This document shows positions 26,669-39,417 of a stretch of 64,000 nt of DNA, piece by piece. The stretch spans positions 16,306,001 through 16,370,000 of the forward strand of contig NW_027361779.1 in the NCBI RefSeq assembly GCF_039654945.1. The letters run 5' to 3'. The notes beneath the pieces were generated by a model. That model was not told the DNA's origin. It searched no databases and saw only the letters and a list, made by a program, of their open reading frames with translations. This stretch comes from Dendrobates tinctorius (Eukaryota). Each line of letters begins with the position of its first letter. Position 1 is the stretch's first letter. The translations under genes and the position numbers were made by a program.

Positions 26669-27007
26669 TCCTTAACTCTTGCAGTTCACCATACTATGTG
26701 ACACTTGACCGGATAATAGATGGGGTAGAGTCGGACTCAAAGTTGACTGTTTTGCACCTGCCTGGGAAAGCTATATAGACAAGATGCATAGCCCCAAAAG
26801 GGGGAGTCACGCCCCTGTATGTACAAATTACATAGAACTAAAGCAAAACCAAAGAAAAGTGCCAGAATAGATGTTGGTATAAGTGCAATGCGTAGGTGCA
26901 CATGCACACTGTGGCCATTTAATAGACAGCATCTACGATAAAAAAAAATTGCATATACCCTGAAGTAAGTAAATATATAAGCAGTAATAGTACATGTAAA
27001 TAACACA

Positions 27008-27086
27008 GGGCACTTAGCTTACATTATTTTGATCAAAAGAGCATGAAAGCAACGCTACTGCGACAAGGTGCACCCAATCAGGATAG
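27008..27086 (-). ncRNA. HDV/CPEB3-like ribozyme fold, copy 2 (decayed)
   Basis: CTATCCT GATT GGGTGC ACC TTGTCGC AGT AGCGTTG CT [P4] G CTAA GTGCCC, 418 bp from copy 1. Confidence 0.5.
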
Positions 27087-27175
27087 ACCCTAACCCTCAA
27101 AATAGATGGGGGCAGAGCAGGACCCAAACCACACTGTTTTGCACCTGCTTGTGGAAATCTATATAGACAGGATTC

Positions 27176-28000
27176 TGTTACCACCGCTGGTCGGGTGAGG
27201 GTAATCTCCAGGAGTGGACCCTCTGGATCGTGGCTCCGAGGGGCCCTGGGCGAGCGGCCAGGTGGAGCCGACCCCTAAGCAGGGATCGTTAGGAGCAGGC
27301 CCAGGGGTTCGGATACCATGATAGCTGGTACCTAGAGGGGCGGCTCAGAATGGACTGGAGTAGGAGTACGAGACTGTAGGCAATAGGACCAGAGTGGGGT
27401 TGCGGGACTGGAATATAGATAGCAGGACTGAGCAGGATAACTGGAGACAGGACCGGAGTTGGACTGCGGGACTGGAGCCTAGACAGCAGGACGGAGCAGG
27501 AACATGGGAGGCATGACCGGAGAAGGACTGCAGGGCTGGAGCTTAGATAGCAGGATGGAGCAGGAATACGGGAGGCAGGACTGGAGTAGGACTGCAGGGC
27601 TGGAGCATAGGTAGCAGGACTAAACAGGAACATGGGAGTACAGGACTGTGAGACTGCGGCAGGAACCACAGAGTACGGGACTGAGATACTGCGGCAGGAA
27701 CACGAGAAAGCAGGACCTAGTGTGCTAGCAAACACATCGATCAGGCACCTCCCTCAAAGGAGGACAGCCTGATATGCCCCTGTGTGAACTGTCATTGGTC
27801 CGGTGGTGCTTCCGGGTCACGGCATTGCCGGAGCATAAGTGACAGTAGGGAGGAGCGGCCGCGGCCTATGGCGCATGTGCATTGCATGCAGAGACGCCGT
27901 CGGCCGCGGACCTGTCAGAAGGGACCACCTTGGATGTCGGACGGCAGAGGGCTGCGGCGCGGGAGCGGAGGCTGGGTGAATATACAATGGCTGCGTGACA
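27176..28000 (-). mobile_element. Solo LTR (Gypsy-like, 825 bp)
   Basis: TGTTAC...GTGACA inverted termini, flanks gattc/cattc, GC-rich with internal gcaggactggag repeats. The host repeat resumes across it. Confidence 0.82.
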
Positions 28001-31000
28001 CATTCACAGCGTAAAAAGGGGAAGTCACGTCCCTTTATGAACAAAGTACAAAAAACTAAATCAAAATCAAAGAAATGAGCTGGAACAATTCCAGTCTAGG
28101 ACTTGAGTGAAAATGTTGTTTTGCCTGGGGTCAGATATTCTTTTGGTGGATCTGATTACATAGCTCCTACAATATAAGCATTAAAACAAAATTACCAACA
28201 AAGAACTAGATGTTCTTAAAGGTATTCTGTCAGCACAAAATGACCGTTCAAACTGTTCATGGAGAGCAATGCCCAGAAATATTTTTTTCCACATGTAATT
28301 TTATTTCATAAATTTAATCAGTCACCTTTTTACAAATAGAACAATCTAATTTTATTATTATTATAATTTTATTTTATAATTTTATTTTTTTACAAATAAA
28401 ACAATTTAACATACTAACGACCAGGCCATTTATCCCCCATGCTTAGCCAGGCGCTTTTTTTTTCCATACATGCAATTTAAAGAGCTGTACATTTTTTTTT
28501 CTCATGTGGATATTGAATTTTTTAATCCTTTCTTTGTGATACCTTGACATACATTTTATATCTTTCCTTTTGGGCTACATTGTTCTGTCATTGTCAAACT
28601 TGCTTTCCTTTTTTTTTTTTTTGCAGCTATCCTTGTTAAAGTAAAGGAAATGCATATCTATTGTTCACATTTTTTTCAGACCACAAATGGCCACTAAAAT
28701 ACATTTAAAAATTTGTTGCTCATACTGTAACTATTATTTTTATACAGTATATTGGACATTTTTTTCTGATAGGGATGGGGCTAGTAAAGGTAATTTGCTT
28801 TGGCAGTCTTTATTATATTTTTTTCTACCGGCTTTTTATTTATTTACTTTTTGATTTGTTTCATATATAGCTCCCCCCATAAGGTAAAAAAAAAAAAAAA
28901 AAAAAAGACTTTTGAGGGGAATTTCATAATTTAATTTTTTTTTACCCAATTTACCCTGCAACTTGGGCTGGTATGTATATTGGCCCTAGTTAAAGTGGAA
29001 TTGCAGCCTCCTGGTTGCTTAGAAGAGCAGATTGTGACTCCTAGAAGTCAGCAGCTTGTTTATATATTCTCTAGACCCAGTAATCACATAACCGCTGTGC
29101 CCAGACTACGAAACGGTGATCGAAGGCAGAAATGGCAACAAACCATCCCTGCCTTCTATCTAGGCAGGCGGTGTCTGACAGCTGGATCCCTGCTCCCACA
29201 GCTGCATGTGCAGCTTTTCTACTATGCAGTGACGTTTTAGAACATCACTACAGAGTAGCACACAGACAGCCTAGATGTTATTTTTTTTTTACCTATGGGC
29301 GGTTCAGAAGTAGCTGAAGAGCAGCTGTCACTAGAGCAAAAGAAGTCACATTTTTATTTTTATTATATTCCTGCTGCTCTCCTAAATATTCATTTTTTTT
29401 AAAAAAATCTCCATGCATAGATATGGGTCTTTTTATTTGGTGCTAATTTTCTTGTGTTGTACCAAAGGGGCGTTACTCGCAGGATTCTCTTGGTATGTGT
29501 TTTTAGACGGCTCTGCATTATTACCCTATGAGTCACGCCCTCTTGTTAAAGACCATAAAAAGTAGCACTTTATAAAAAGGTCTACATCTCTGGAATCATA
29601 TGGTGGATTAAAAAAATACTCATGGTGGCAGCAGGAATAAAGTCAAAACTCACCACTTAACCACTTTTGACCTGTTCTCTTTGCTCAACGCATCATTTCC
29701 CAAGAATAGCAGTCCTTATTTTTTTCCTTGTGTGTCTCCTTCCATTAGATGGTCAGGTGTATGGGTTGGCTTTGAGTGACATGTTGAGTGTATTAGCAAA
29801 TGCATAAACAAGTACACTGAAACTATATAACCTCGACTTGTTTATTAGAGATAAACATTCTTAAATGAGTCCACTTGCATTTTACAGGCTGCTAGGTCAC
29901 TCTCCGTGGATGGGAAACTGTGACCTCGCTTCAACACCTGTCGCAGTATATAAAGAGGATTGAAGGAGCAGAGTGTAATCCTTGTTACCATGTTCACAGG
30001 GAGGTCTATAAACAAGGAGGCAGCCTATCTAGCGAGTGTCTGCTCCCTGAAGAAACGGATCCTCAGAAGTCCAGCCATACAATATATCATCTTCAAGCAC
30101 TAATATGAGCCTCCTTATTTCCCATCAATGCTTTCAAGATAAATAAAGATCAGTAAAGAAAGACACAATTAGTTCATGAACACTGAAGAATTTGTAAGGC
30201 CAATGAAGGGTGGAAGGACTCAAAAGCCACAGCGAAAAATAATCAGCACAAGCATTTTAGGAAGCTAATTTTATTAATGAAAATATTAGCATTTCTATAT
30301 TCACTTTTTTGGTATATATACACCTTCCATATAGCATTTGGACCAAAAGAACATTTCTATTACGATCTGCAACTGTACAACAATTAACGTTTGGCTTAGA
30401 AACTATAGAGCGGGGGTGCAAAACTTTTTCTGTCCAAAGGGTCACATTGTCAGACTGAACAAATGCCAAGAGCTGAAAAAAAATAAACTAAAGCGGTGTT
30501 ACGATCTGAGACATTTATAAAATATAGTAATGAAATGCCATAAATGTCAGATATATGCAAGTTACAGTCCCAGGACTCCCACCTATCCTGTTCGCATTCG
30601 AGAAGGGAAGAGACGTGCAAGCTGCACCTTCTACTGTACTTCATGTGAGTTGCTAAAATAAGTTTCACTCCTCCCATAAACCTACCTTGAAGAGAGCCCC
30701 ATTGAGGTATGGCTACCTCTCTATGTCATCTTCTCCTTTCTGGAGTGCTACAAATTTGATATTTGAGGATTCCAGAGAGGGATTCAGCGTGCTTATCCTT
30801 CCTTGCTCTGCACTACCCCACACATCTACCTTCTTGCAAGGAATATACATGTAAGGAGCCAGACACAGAAAAGCATATCTATGTGGCCAACGGGGTGCAG
30901 GGTGTGCATCCCTGCTGTAGAGCTACAAAATTGGTATTTTTCCATTACCTGTAAATAATTTGATAAAATACTAACCTGGGTGTGATACGTTGATGGAAAT

Positions 31001-31104
31001 GGTAACCCCTCTAAGCTTTTGTAGCTAGGGAGTAGATCACTTCGAGAACTAGGTAAAGAGCAGCACATAAATATTACTCTATATAGTGCCAAGTCCCTAG
31101 CCAT

Positions 31105-31340
31105 AATTACTGGAATGCTGGGTTCAAATCCCACCAAGGACAACATCTGCAAGGAGTTTGTATGTTCTCCCCGTGTTTGCGTGGGTTTCCTCCGGGTACT
31201 CTGGTTTCCTCCCACATTCCAAAGACATACTGATAGGGAATTTAGATTGTGAGCCCCATCGGGGACAGTGATGATAATGTGTGCAAACTGTAAAGCGCTG
31301 TGGAATATGTTAGCGCTATATAAAAAGAAAAATTATTAGT
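31105..31340 (+). mobile_element. V-SINE-like element, 5' truncated
   Basis: B box, core gttctccccgtgtttgcgtgggtttcctccggg, tail tgtaaagcgctg..gcgctatataaa. Confidence 0.82.
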
Positions 31341-33037
31341 ATAATAGATTATTATATAATAATAATCTGACCTTGCATGCTAGGTCAGAGAAGGGGTTAA
31401 TGTCAGGATCCCTAGTGGTCTGGGCAAAGAAGTGAGTTGTTATTATTGGCAGTGAAGAGCACATAAAGGTTGATCCCTTGTTCCTGTTGTCACCTCTCCT
31501 TGCAGTGTCCTTTCGTGGTTTAGATTCCTCCTCTCTCTGCTCACTGAGTGATGGGAGAAAATAGAGAAGGCAGGAATTGTAGAATAGGGCGAGGACGGTA
31601 ACTGGACAGCTACACAGGCATATGTATGATCTGGCAGAGTGTTTTATTAACAACGTTAAGTGTCTAATGCTATTTCTTTTAATAATATTGAGTTACTTTA
31701 CTGCTGGACCCAATCACTGTACTAAAATGTGGAAGATGAGAGCTACAACATGACAATGCTTGAAGAAACCACCATCCATCTTACAGTAGCTATTTACACA
31801 ATACCAAAATACCATGCTAGCCCCCTTAGATGGCTGTGTCACAAATGACAGTAAGCACCATATCGTTTCTGTCGCATGAATTGGGGGAATCATTGTCAAA
31901 ATCGTAAAGAAGTACTCAAGGCAAGCTAGTTTAATCATGCCCTTACAAACATTTCATGCTTTACAGCTGTCAAGAGAGGAGGGTTGTGCGTTACCCAGAG
32001 GCAAACTATATGCTTTTCCGGTCACAGACCACTTTCATAGAAAGAGACACACGTGTGGAAAATATGGTAACTGGTCAAACTTAAGGGAAATATGGAAACT
32101 CGTAACATGAGACAGAATGGAGTACAGTACAGCTGCTCTCATTAGTCCGAGTGGTGACCGTAGCCGTGCCACCATGCCTGCATGACTGAATCCTGGCGGC
32201 TGCCAAGGAAAATAAAGTTAATTTTCTCCCCGGAGCCGCACTTCAGTACTGCTGCCGGGCTAATAATAATAATTATAACCCCATAACTTCAGGTTAATAG
32301 CGTTATGGGACATGACATTCCCTATAAACATTTCCTACATGCTCGCCATTACCATTTTTTTTGCTGTTGGAAGACCTGTTACCTTTCAGAAGTGCAATTC
32401 CTATCCCTTTCTGCATCCCTTCTAGATGATATTGTTAGACAAATTTGGTACTCAGCTTTATACAAGCAGAGTACAAATACTAGATGATGGAACATGCCTA
32501 TGTGACATTCATGCACCTGCCATGCCCCGTTTTAGTACATGTCTTCAGTAGGAGCAGTATCCAGCCTCTGTCCCCACTGTGCACTTGGTTTGTGTGCTCA
32601 TTACAGGCACTCTCTAGGTTAGGCTGGATTCACACTTCCGTGTATCATGGTCAGAGTTTGATGACAGCCAGAGCACACGCTACAGAACAAGTAGTCAGTC
32701 AGTGGGCCGAGCAATTGGTACATAACCAATACTGGTTGTTTTGCTCTTGGCATACAGTTATATAAACCCTTACTAGTGATCAGTGTGTTACTTCTGCTAA
32801 TAAGCCAAACCTTTTGTTTTTCTCTCGCCATGAGTTTGTTACTCACATCCTGTAGCCCAGAGATTTCAGGAGAACTGTCCATACAATATGTAGTAATTAG
32901 AGTGAAAGCTTATACTCAGGAGTCCATTCCCATTCTTTCTAAGAGATTTGCTTGTCTGCTTGTCACAGCGCAGGAAGTCTGATCTCCTGTCTGCTGAGGA
33001 GTTCCAGATTGTGGAGCAGACAAATTCTTTTTCTTTA

Positions 33038-33237
33038 GGCTCATACTCAGTTGCGAGAGACTCGCATGATTCTCGTGTGAGTCTCTCGCATGAAAACCCG
33101 GCACTGCCGCCAGCACTGGGACCGGAGCGTGCGGCTATATAGAAATACATGTAGCCACACGCTCTGGTGCCAGTGCCAGGTTTTCATGCGAGACTCACAC
33201 GAGAATTATGCGAGTCTCTCACAAATGAGTATGAGCC
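33038..33237. mobile_element. PIF/Harbinger-like MITE
   Basis: TIR GGCTCATACTCA, palindromic, same internal motif. Confidence 0.8.
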
Positions 33238-33251
33238 CTTTGGAGGATTGA

Positions 33252-33803
33252 AGGGAACCTGTCACCTCGTTTTTCCGCAATAAGCTACGTCCACTGCCTT
33301 TCAGGGCTTATCTACAGCATTCTAGAATGCTGTAGATAAGCCCCCGATCTAACCTGGGTGTCGCAGGTCCGTGTCAGGCGCCTCCCATCTTCATGCAATG
33401 TTGTCATCTTCCTTGCTTCGTGCTGTGCTCCTGCGCAGGCGTAAGGATCTGCCCTGTTGAGGGCAGAGCCAAGTACTGCAGTGCGCAGGGCCTTTCTGAC
33501 CTTTCCCGGCACCTGCGCACTGCAGTATTTGGCTCTGCCCTCAACAGGGCAGATCAGTACGCCTGCACAGGAGCGTGGCACAAAGCAAGCAAAAATTACG
33601 ACATCGCATGAAGATGGGAGGCGCCGGACCTGTTCCTGTGACACCCATCGGACCGGACCACCCCAAGGGTGAGTATAATATAACTTGGTTTTCTCTTTCA
33701 AGTTAGATCGGGGGCTTATCTACAGCATTCTAGAATGCTGTATATAAGCCCTGAAAGGCATTGGCCGCAGCTCATTGTGGAAAAACGAGGTGACAACTTC
33801 CCT
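33252..33803. mobile_element. Kolobok/T2-like palindromic MITE
   Basis: AGGGAACCTGTCACC termini, ttga/ttaa flanks, long inverted arms. Confidence 0.85.
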
Positions 33804-34279
33804 TTAAGTGGAAGGATATCTGAAAAAAAAAAAAACTGCTTTCATCTTGATAAAATTCAGAAGTTAATCAAATAGGGAACCAGAATTGTTTTTTCAAGGC
33901 AAAGCTTCAGAATCTACTTCTAGGTGCCACAAAGCCTTCAAAGTGGATAATGTCTTAAATAAGGTGATGATGACTGAATGGAAGCATCTAAGAAATAGCC
34001 CTGTCCTTATAAAGATTTAGGAGCAGATTTCTACCAGTTAAGATCAGTGCAGTGAATGGGATCTAACACTCAGCATCACCATGGTTATGGGCATGTTGTC
34101 CATGGCTACAAACCTACCTATGGAGGGTAAGGCTCCTATTTACAAGACTCCATAGAAAGGCAAACAGATGGCAGTATGATGGATGAGACGGGGACTGGCA
34201 AATACCAGGATAAAGTTATCTGCCTAACTGCAAGCTCTACGAAAGTTTCAAGAAGAGATAGCGAAATGGGGTTGTCGTA

Positions 34280-34700
34280 GGTCCCTTAATTCAAATGAAG
34301 GGAAATCTTAGTGCACTAGCATGTTAAGGCATTTTGGACAACTGCGTGCCCTTTTCTTTTTCAGTATGACAAGGCCCCAGTGCACAAAGCAAGATTGATA
34401 AAAACATGGCTGGGTGAGTTTGGTGTGGAAGAATTTGACAGGCCTGCAAAGAGCCCTGAACTCAACAGCATCAAACAGCTTCGGGATGAACTAAAACAGA
34501 AAACAAAATAAACCATCTCATCCAACATCAATGTCTGTCCTCACAAATGCTTTTCTGGATGAATGGGCAAAAATGTCTACACTTCAAAATATTGGAGAAA
34601 GCCTTCTCAGAAAAGTGGAAGCTGCTTTGGATTTAGAATGGAATGTCAAAAAGCTCCTGTGGGTGTAATAGGCAAGTGTCCTAATATTTACATAAAGTGG
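34280..34700 (+). mobile_element. Old Tc1 transposase 3' fragment
   Basis: Remnants reading FQYDKAPVHK and ..SPELN. Confidence 0.55.
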
Positions 34701-35909
34701 ATATACATTTTCCTTGATTTAGGTATATGGCAATGAAAGTTTATTGACATGAAACCTGAAAACTTCTTTCTCCATGTTTCTTCTGCATCGTAATCTAGAA
34801 ATACACTACTCTAGAAATGATGGGGCCTTTCACTAGCACAATGTCTTCAATGGTTTTTTCTACAAATGATAAAGTATTTCCACTCATGAAAAGATATCAA
34901 GCTCAATTTATTGAATGAAGACCATGAAACACAAAAAGAAACACCAAACATTTTGCATCCATTCTTCTATTCATGTTATATTGTTTTGACGGGACATCAA
35001 ATTAAATTTCTTACATTTGGAAATATATTTTTTACAAACCTTTTGAACAAAAAGCGACTTACCCATCTCTTAGAGATATTTTAATGAAATATGATGCTTG
35101 GTAAAGTCAAGCAAACAGTGATCCATCTGTAGTAGTAAGTGGTCAGAAAAGGGCAATGGAACATTGGGAGATATGGATTAGGCGTCATTTTTCACTGAGA
35201 ATTATATTAATGCTAGATGCTCAATATGACAATGTCTGGCCAATTCTACCCTAAATTTAGTACAATAAGGCATTAGTTCTAACTAAACATTGCAGCCAAA
35301 CATTGTTGCCAGCGCGAGCATGTGCTTCTAAATGCTGTACAGAACCAACCAGCTCCATACCTATTCTAAAACTGCAACTCCCAGCAAGCTGGGGTCGTGG
35401 CTGTCTATCTTTTGCAAAGTATGCCGATGTAGTTTTGCAATATTTGAGAGGAGCCACTGATTGGAAAACACCGTCCTAAAGCATCTGGCCTGGAGTCTGA
35501 GGGTGTGTGCGTAAGAACGACTTTCTGTCCATGTGTTGTCTTCTTGAACTTCTTTTAACTGCTTCAGTTATCCAAAGATGCAAAGTGGTTAAAATAAGTG
35601 ACCTAACCATTCTTCAGGCAGCTCATTAGTTAATACATTACAAATTCTTTAAAAAGCACTGGTGGAAACACTTGGAAAAAAAGAAAACTATTGCAAAGTT
35701 GCCAAAACACACTTCAGGAAGAATAATGCTGATAATATTTAAAGCATCTTCCTCCTGTAAAACTCAGTGGGTACGCAAATGGCTAAGAGACGTCATGCGC
35801 AGATACCCTAAATATTGTAAGAAACGTGGCTGATTTTAATTACAAGGCTCTGTGCACACTGTGTCTAAGCCTTATATTTACCATATACACCTAGAACAGA
35901 TGAATGTCA

Positions 35910-37445
35910 AATGTGTACATTCACGTATTAAACATGTCACCAATTTTCTATGTAAACATATTTCTAAAGGTGCTATTGACATGAAATTCCCACCAGATGT
36001 CGGTAACAATCCATCCAATCCACACAAGCAAAAAAGTCAAACCATAAATATTCATTAATTAATTTGTGTGTAATAATGAGACATGACACAGGGAAAAAGT
36101 ATTGGAACACGCTTAGTGAAATTTATTCAATATTTCATACAAAAGCCTTTGTGGTGTTGAAAGCTTCAAAATGCCTCCTGTGTAGAGAAAGTACTCGAAT
36201 GCATTGCTCAGACGTTATCTCGTCCCATTCTTCCTCACAAATAGCAGTGAGCACAAATGCTCTTTAGTTTGCCTAGAGTGCTCGAGTGACATGTTCGAGT
36301 CCCCGAAGCTGCATGTTTTGCGGCAGTTAGACAGCCACAGAACATGCGGGGATTGTTCGTGTTTGTCAGGCTGAGTTTCAATGGCTGTGTATTTGGGATC
36401 ATTGTCTTGCTGAAATGTCCACCCTTGTAGATGGCAGATTTTTATCAAGAATGTCTCAGTATATTTGTCCATTCATCCTTCCTTCAATTACATGAAGTTT
36501 GCCAGTGCCATACGCTGAAAAACAGCCCCATACCATGATGTTCCCACCTCTAAACTTTACTGTTGGTATGGTGTTCTTGGGGTGATATGCAGTGCCTTTT
36601 TGCCGCCAAATGTATTATGGCACCCAAAGAGTTCAATTTTGGTCTCTCACCAGCCTATATTCTCTCAGCATTTCAAAAGCTTGTTTAAATGTTGCTGAGG
36701 AAAACTTTAAACTCGCTTGAATATGCTTTTTGTTCCGCAATGGAGTCTTGCATGGTGAGCATACATGGGACATGGAGGTTGAGTGCATTACTTAATAGTT
36801 TTCTTTGAAACAATTGTACCTGCTTATTCCAGGTCCTTCTGTAGCTCTCCACAGGTGATCTTTGACTCTTGGATAACTCTTCTCAATTCTTTTCCCTCCG
36901 CTGTCTGAAATCTTGCAGTGGGCACCTGGAGGTGACCTGTTTATAGTGAAACGATATTCTTTCCACTTGTGAATTATGGCCTCAACAGTGTTCAATGGAA
37001 ACTCCAGTGGTTTAGAAATTCTCCTGTAATGAATGCCATCATTATGTTTTGCAACAAGAAGGTTGCAAAGGTCTTGACACAGCTCACTGGTTTTACCCAT
37101 CATGAAATGTTTATTTTGTGGCACCTTTGTAATGAGACATCTTTTCATAGGCCATTAATAGAACAAGCTGAAACTATTTTTCACCAAGTTGCAGGATTAC
37201 TTTCTAATTACCGATAGATTTCAGCTGGTATCATGACTTTCCAAGACGTTTTGCACCTCCTTTTATTCAGGTTTTCAATACTTTTTCCCTGTGTCATTTC
37301 TCATTATTGCACATAGCAACTAAGTTACGTTATCTATGGCTTGGGTTGGTACAGACATCTGGTCAGCATTTCATGTTAAGAACACTTTCGGAAATATATT
37401 TACTTACAAAATTGGTGATGTGTTCAATGCTTATCTCACCTGCTT
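35910..37445 (-). mobile_element. Degenerate Tc1 transposon
   Basis: MGKTSEL..HTH (ORF 36792-37148) and FQQDNDPK (ORF 36215-36472). Inverted ends aaaaagtattg / caatacttttt. Small insertion at about 36243-36370. Confidence 0.82.
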
Positions 37446-37453
37446 TATGTGTG

Positions 37454-37458
<5 letters not shown>

Positions 37459-37506
<48 letters not shown>
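37459..37506. repeat. (TA)n microsatellite
   Basis: Directly visible. Confidence 0.95.
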
Positions 37507-37510
<4 letters not shown>

Positions 37511-38456
37511 CATGCATGGGGAAATCATCCTTAAGGAGCACCGATCAAAAAATAGTGAATAGCGCAAGTGCACGTTACTAGAGTTTGCCTAGGGTGCTAG
37601 GGCATGCACCAAGTATTGTAGGTGCTTGAGTGACATGTTTGAGTCCCCATGACCGCATGTTTAGCAGCTGTTAGACAGCCACAAAACTGCGGGAACTGCA
37701 CTTACGCTCATCACCATCAGTCATCCATTTTAAAATAAAACAGTATGCAGCCAGAGAATGATGATTTTTCTAAATAGCACAAAAGTCCGGTTCAAACTCA
37801 AGGGTTGTGGAATCCTGCCATGCAGAGTGGGATCCTACCGCTTTCTACGGCATTCCTCACTGTCATAGAGCAAGACCTCGTGTGTTATTGCGAGATCTCG
37901 TACACGCGCTGCCGTATTCTTTACTAACCAGCTGCCGAATGGTAACCAAGCTAATCATGTTACCGATCAGTAAGTGCTTATGAAAGGATACCGCAGAGTT
38001 GATTTAGTTCCTAGCCCGAGTTCTTGCGATGCAAGCAGTTCTTGCACTGAGAGAGTGAGGAGTACCATGGAGAGTTGTGGGATCCAGCTCTATATGACGG
38101 GATCCTACAACTTGAAACTTCGGGCCTGACTTTTGCTATGAAGTCTCAGAAGTTTAAGGTGGCAATCATTTTGACAATAAATGCTTTTTAGAAATTACCA
38201 TCAGTCTGTGGCGGCCTAGTGCTTTCTTAAAAAAAAAAAAAAGGACAGCTTGATGATAGGAATTCTTCAGGTGTATCTCCAATGTCAGGTTAGAACACAG
38301 AGTGAATTAAGCTTAACCATCCTCATTTAGGTTTCAGAACTGTTCATTATGCCTTAGTGGGAAAGTTGAAACATCCCACAAAGGCAATAATAGAGAGTGG
38401 GAGTTTTGTAGATCTACTCCCTGTTGTGTCAAGAGGACAGCTAGTAGGAGAGGAAC

Positions 38457-38584
38457 NNNNNNNNNNNNNNNNNNNNNNNNNNNNNNNNNNNNNNNNNNNN
38501 NNNNNNNNNNNNNNNNNNNNNNNNNNNNNNNNNNNNNNNNNNNNNNNNNNNNNNNNNNNNNNNNNNNNNNNNNNNNNNNNNNNN
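38457..38584. other. Assembly gap (128 N)
   Basis: Run of N. Confidence 1.
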
Positions 38585-38713
38585 CACCACACAATCATCC
38601 ATCCAAGATCAGCAATTCAATCATCCAATGCAAAATTGTAATTTTTGGTTAAATATTAAATTGAACTTTAAAAATTAAACCTGTAGATCCCCAAAGAGCG
38701 TATATATTCTTAA

Positions 38714-39043
38714 AGAGAACCTGTCATTACATTCAGAGTGCTCTGAATATGTTAAGGATCAGAGCCTGTTTGTGTGATAGCTGTCAGATAAGTTTTTTGC
38801 TTAAACGCTGCAGCATTTCAGAGAAAATATAGTTTGAAAAGATGTTGCTGGCTGCTTTCTATCCACAACTAACATGTTTCTCCCTATATACATATATGGA
38901 AGAGACTTGTCAATCAACTGGAGTAGGGTCAGGTAGAAACCGGCAGATGACCTGCCTTAAACTACTCAGGTGTTTCTCTATAGTCCTTTGCCAGCTTTTC
39001 AAATTATTGGTTGAGGCAGTATGAATCTAATGACAGGTTTCTC
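38714..39043. mobile_element. Kolobok/T2-like MITE just downstream of the UFL1 stop
   Basis: TTAA TSD, TIR AGAGAACCTGTCATTA. Confidence 0.78.
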
Positions 39044-39096
39044 TTAAATAATATTTTGGTCAAGAACAGTAAGATTCTCCCTAACCATAATACTTA

Positions 39097-39116
39097 TTTA
39101 TTCATATTCCTTTATT
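39097..39116 (-). promoter_or_regulatory. Candidate UFL1 polyadenylation signals (two AATAAA)
   Basis: tttatt on the + strand at 39097-39102 and 39111-39116, about 85-100 nt after the stop. Confidence 0.5.
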
Positions 39117-39198
39117 TGCAAAATCAAAATGGTCTTGAGTGTTCATCGGAGCTTAGCAGAAATAAAGCTTGTGGATATAAAAAGGAATCAATGCCTGG

Positions 39199-39417
39199 TT
39201 ACTCTTCTGATGCTGAGGACTTTCTGGGACGGAGAGCAAGATCTTTGATTGCAGAAGACAACTCTTGAAGTTCTTTTCTAATGATATCTGAAGCTTTATC
39301 AGATTCGTCTGCTAGATCTCCAGTCGTGTCTACATCATCATCATCCTTCTGCTTGGCCTGACCTATTAACTGCTTAACTACCAGGCTTTGGTAGTTAACC
39401 AACAAGCTGTGCTGTTC
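39199..39417 (-). CDS. UFL1: UFL1 last coding exon ([17 protein letters not shown]...[26 protein letters not shown])
   Basis: Poly-T tract plus acag acceptor, TAA stop at 39199-39201. C-terminus matches human [26 protein letters not shown]. Confidence 0.95.
   Translation of the reverse strand, partial: [72 protein letters not shown]

Noticed and set aside
30938-31055. HDV-like pairings (tttcca/tggaaa, acctgg/ctaggt)
   Set aside because: P3 does not pair and L3 and J4/2 do not fit; could be chance or too decayed to call.
35300-35560. Possible alternative UFL1 terminal exon
   Set aside because: Weak acceptor, no homology, and the normal terminal exon is complete.
38334-38641. ORFs spanning the N run
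   Set aside because: Artefacts of the assembly gap.
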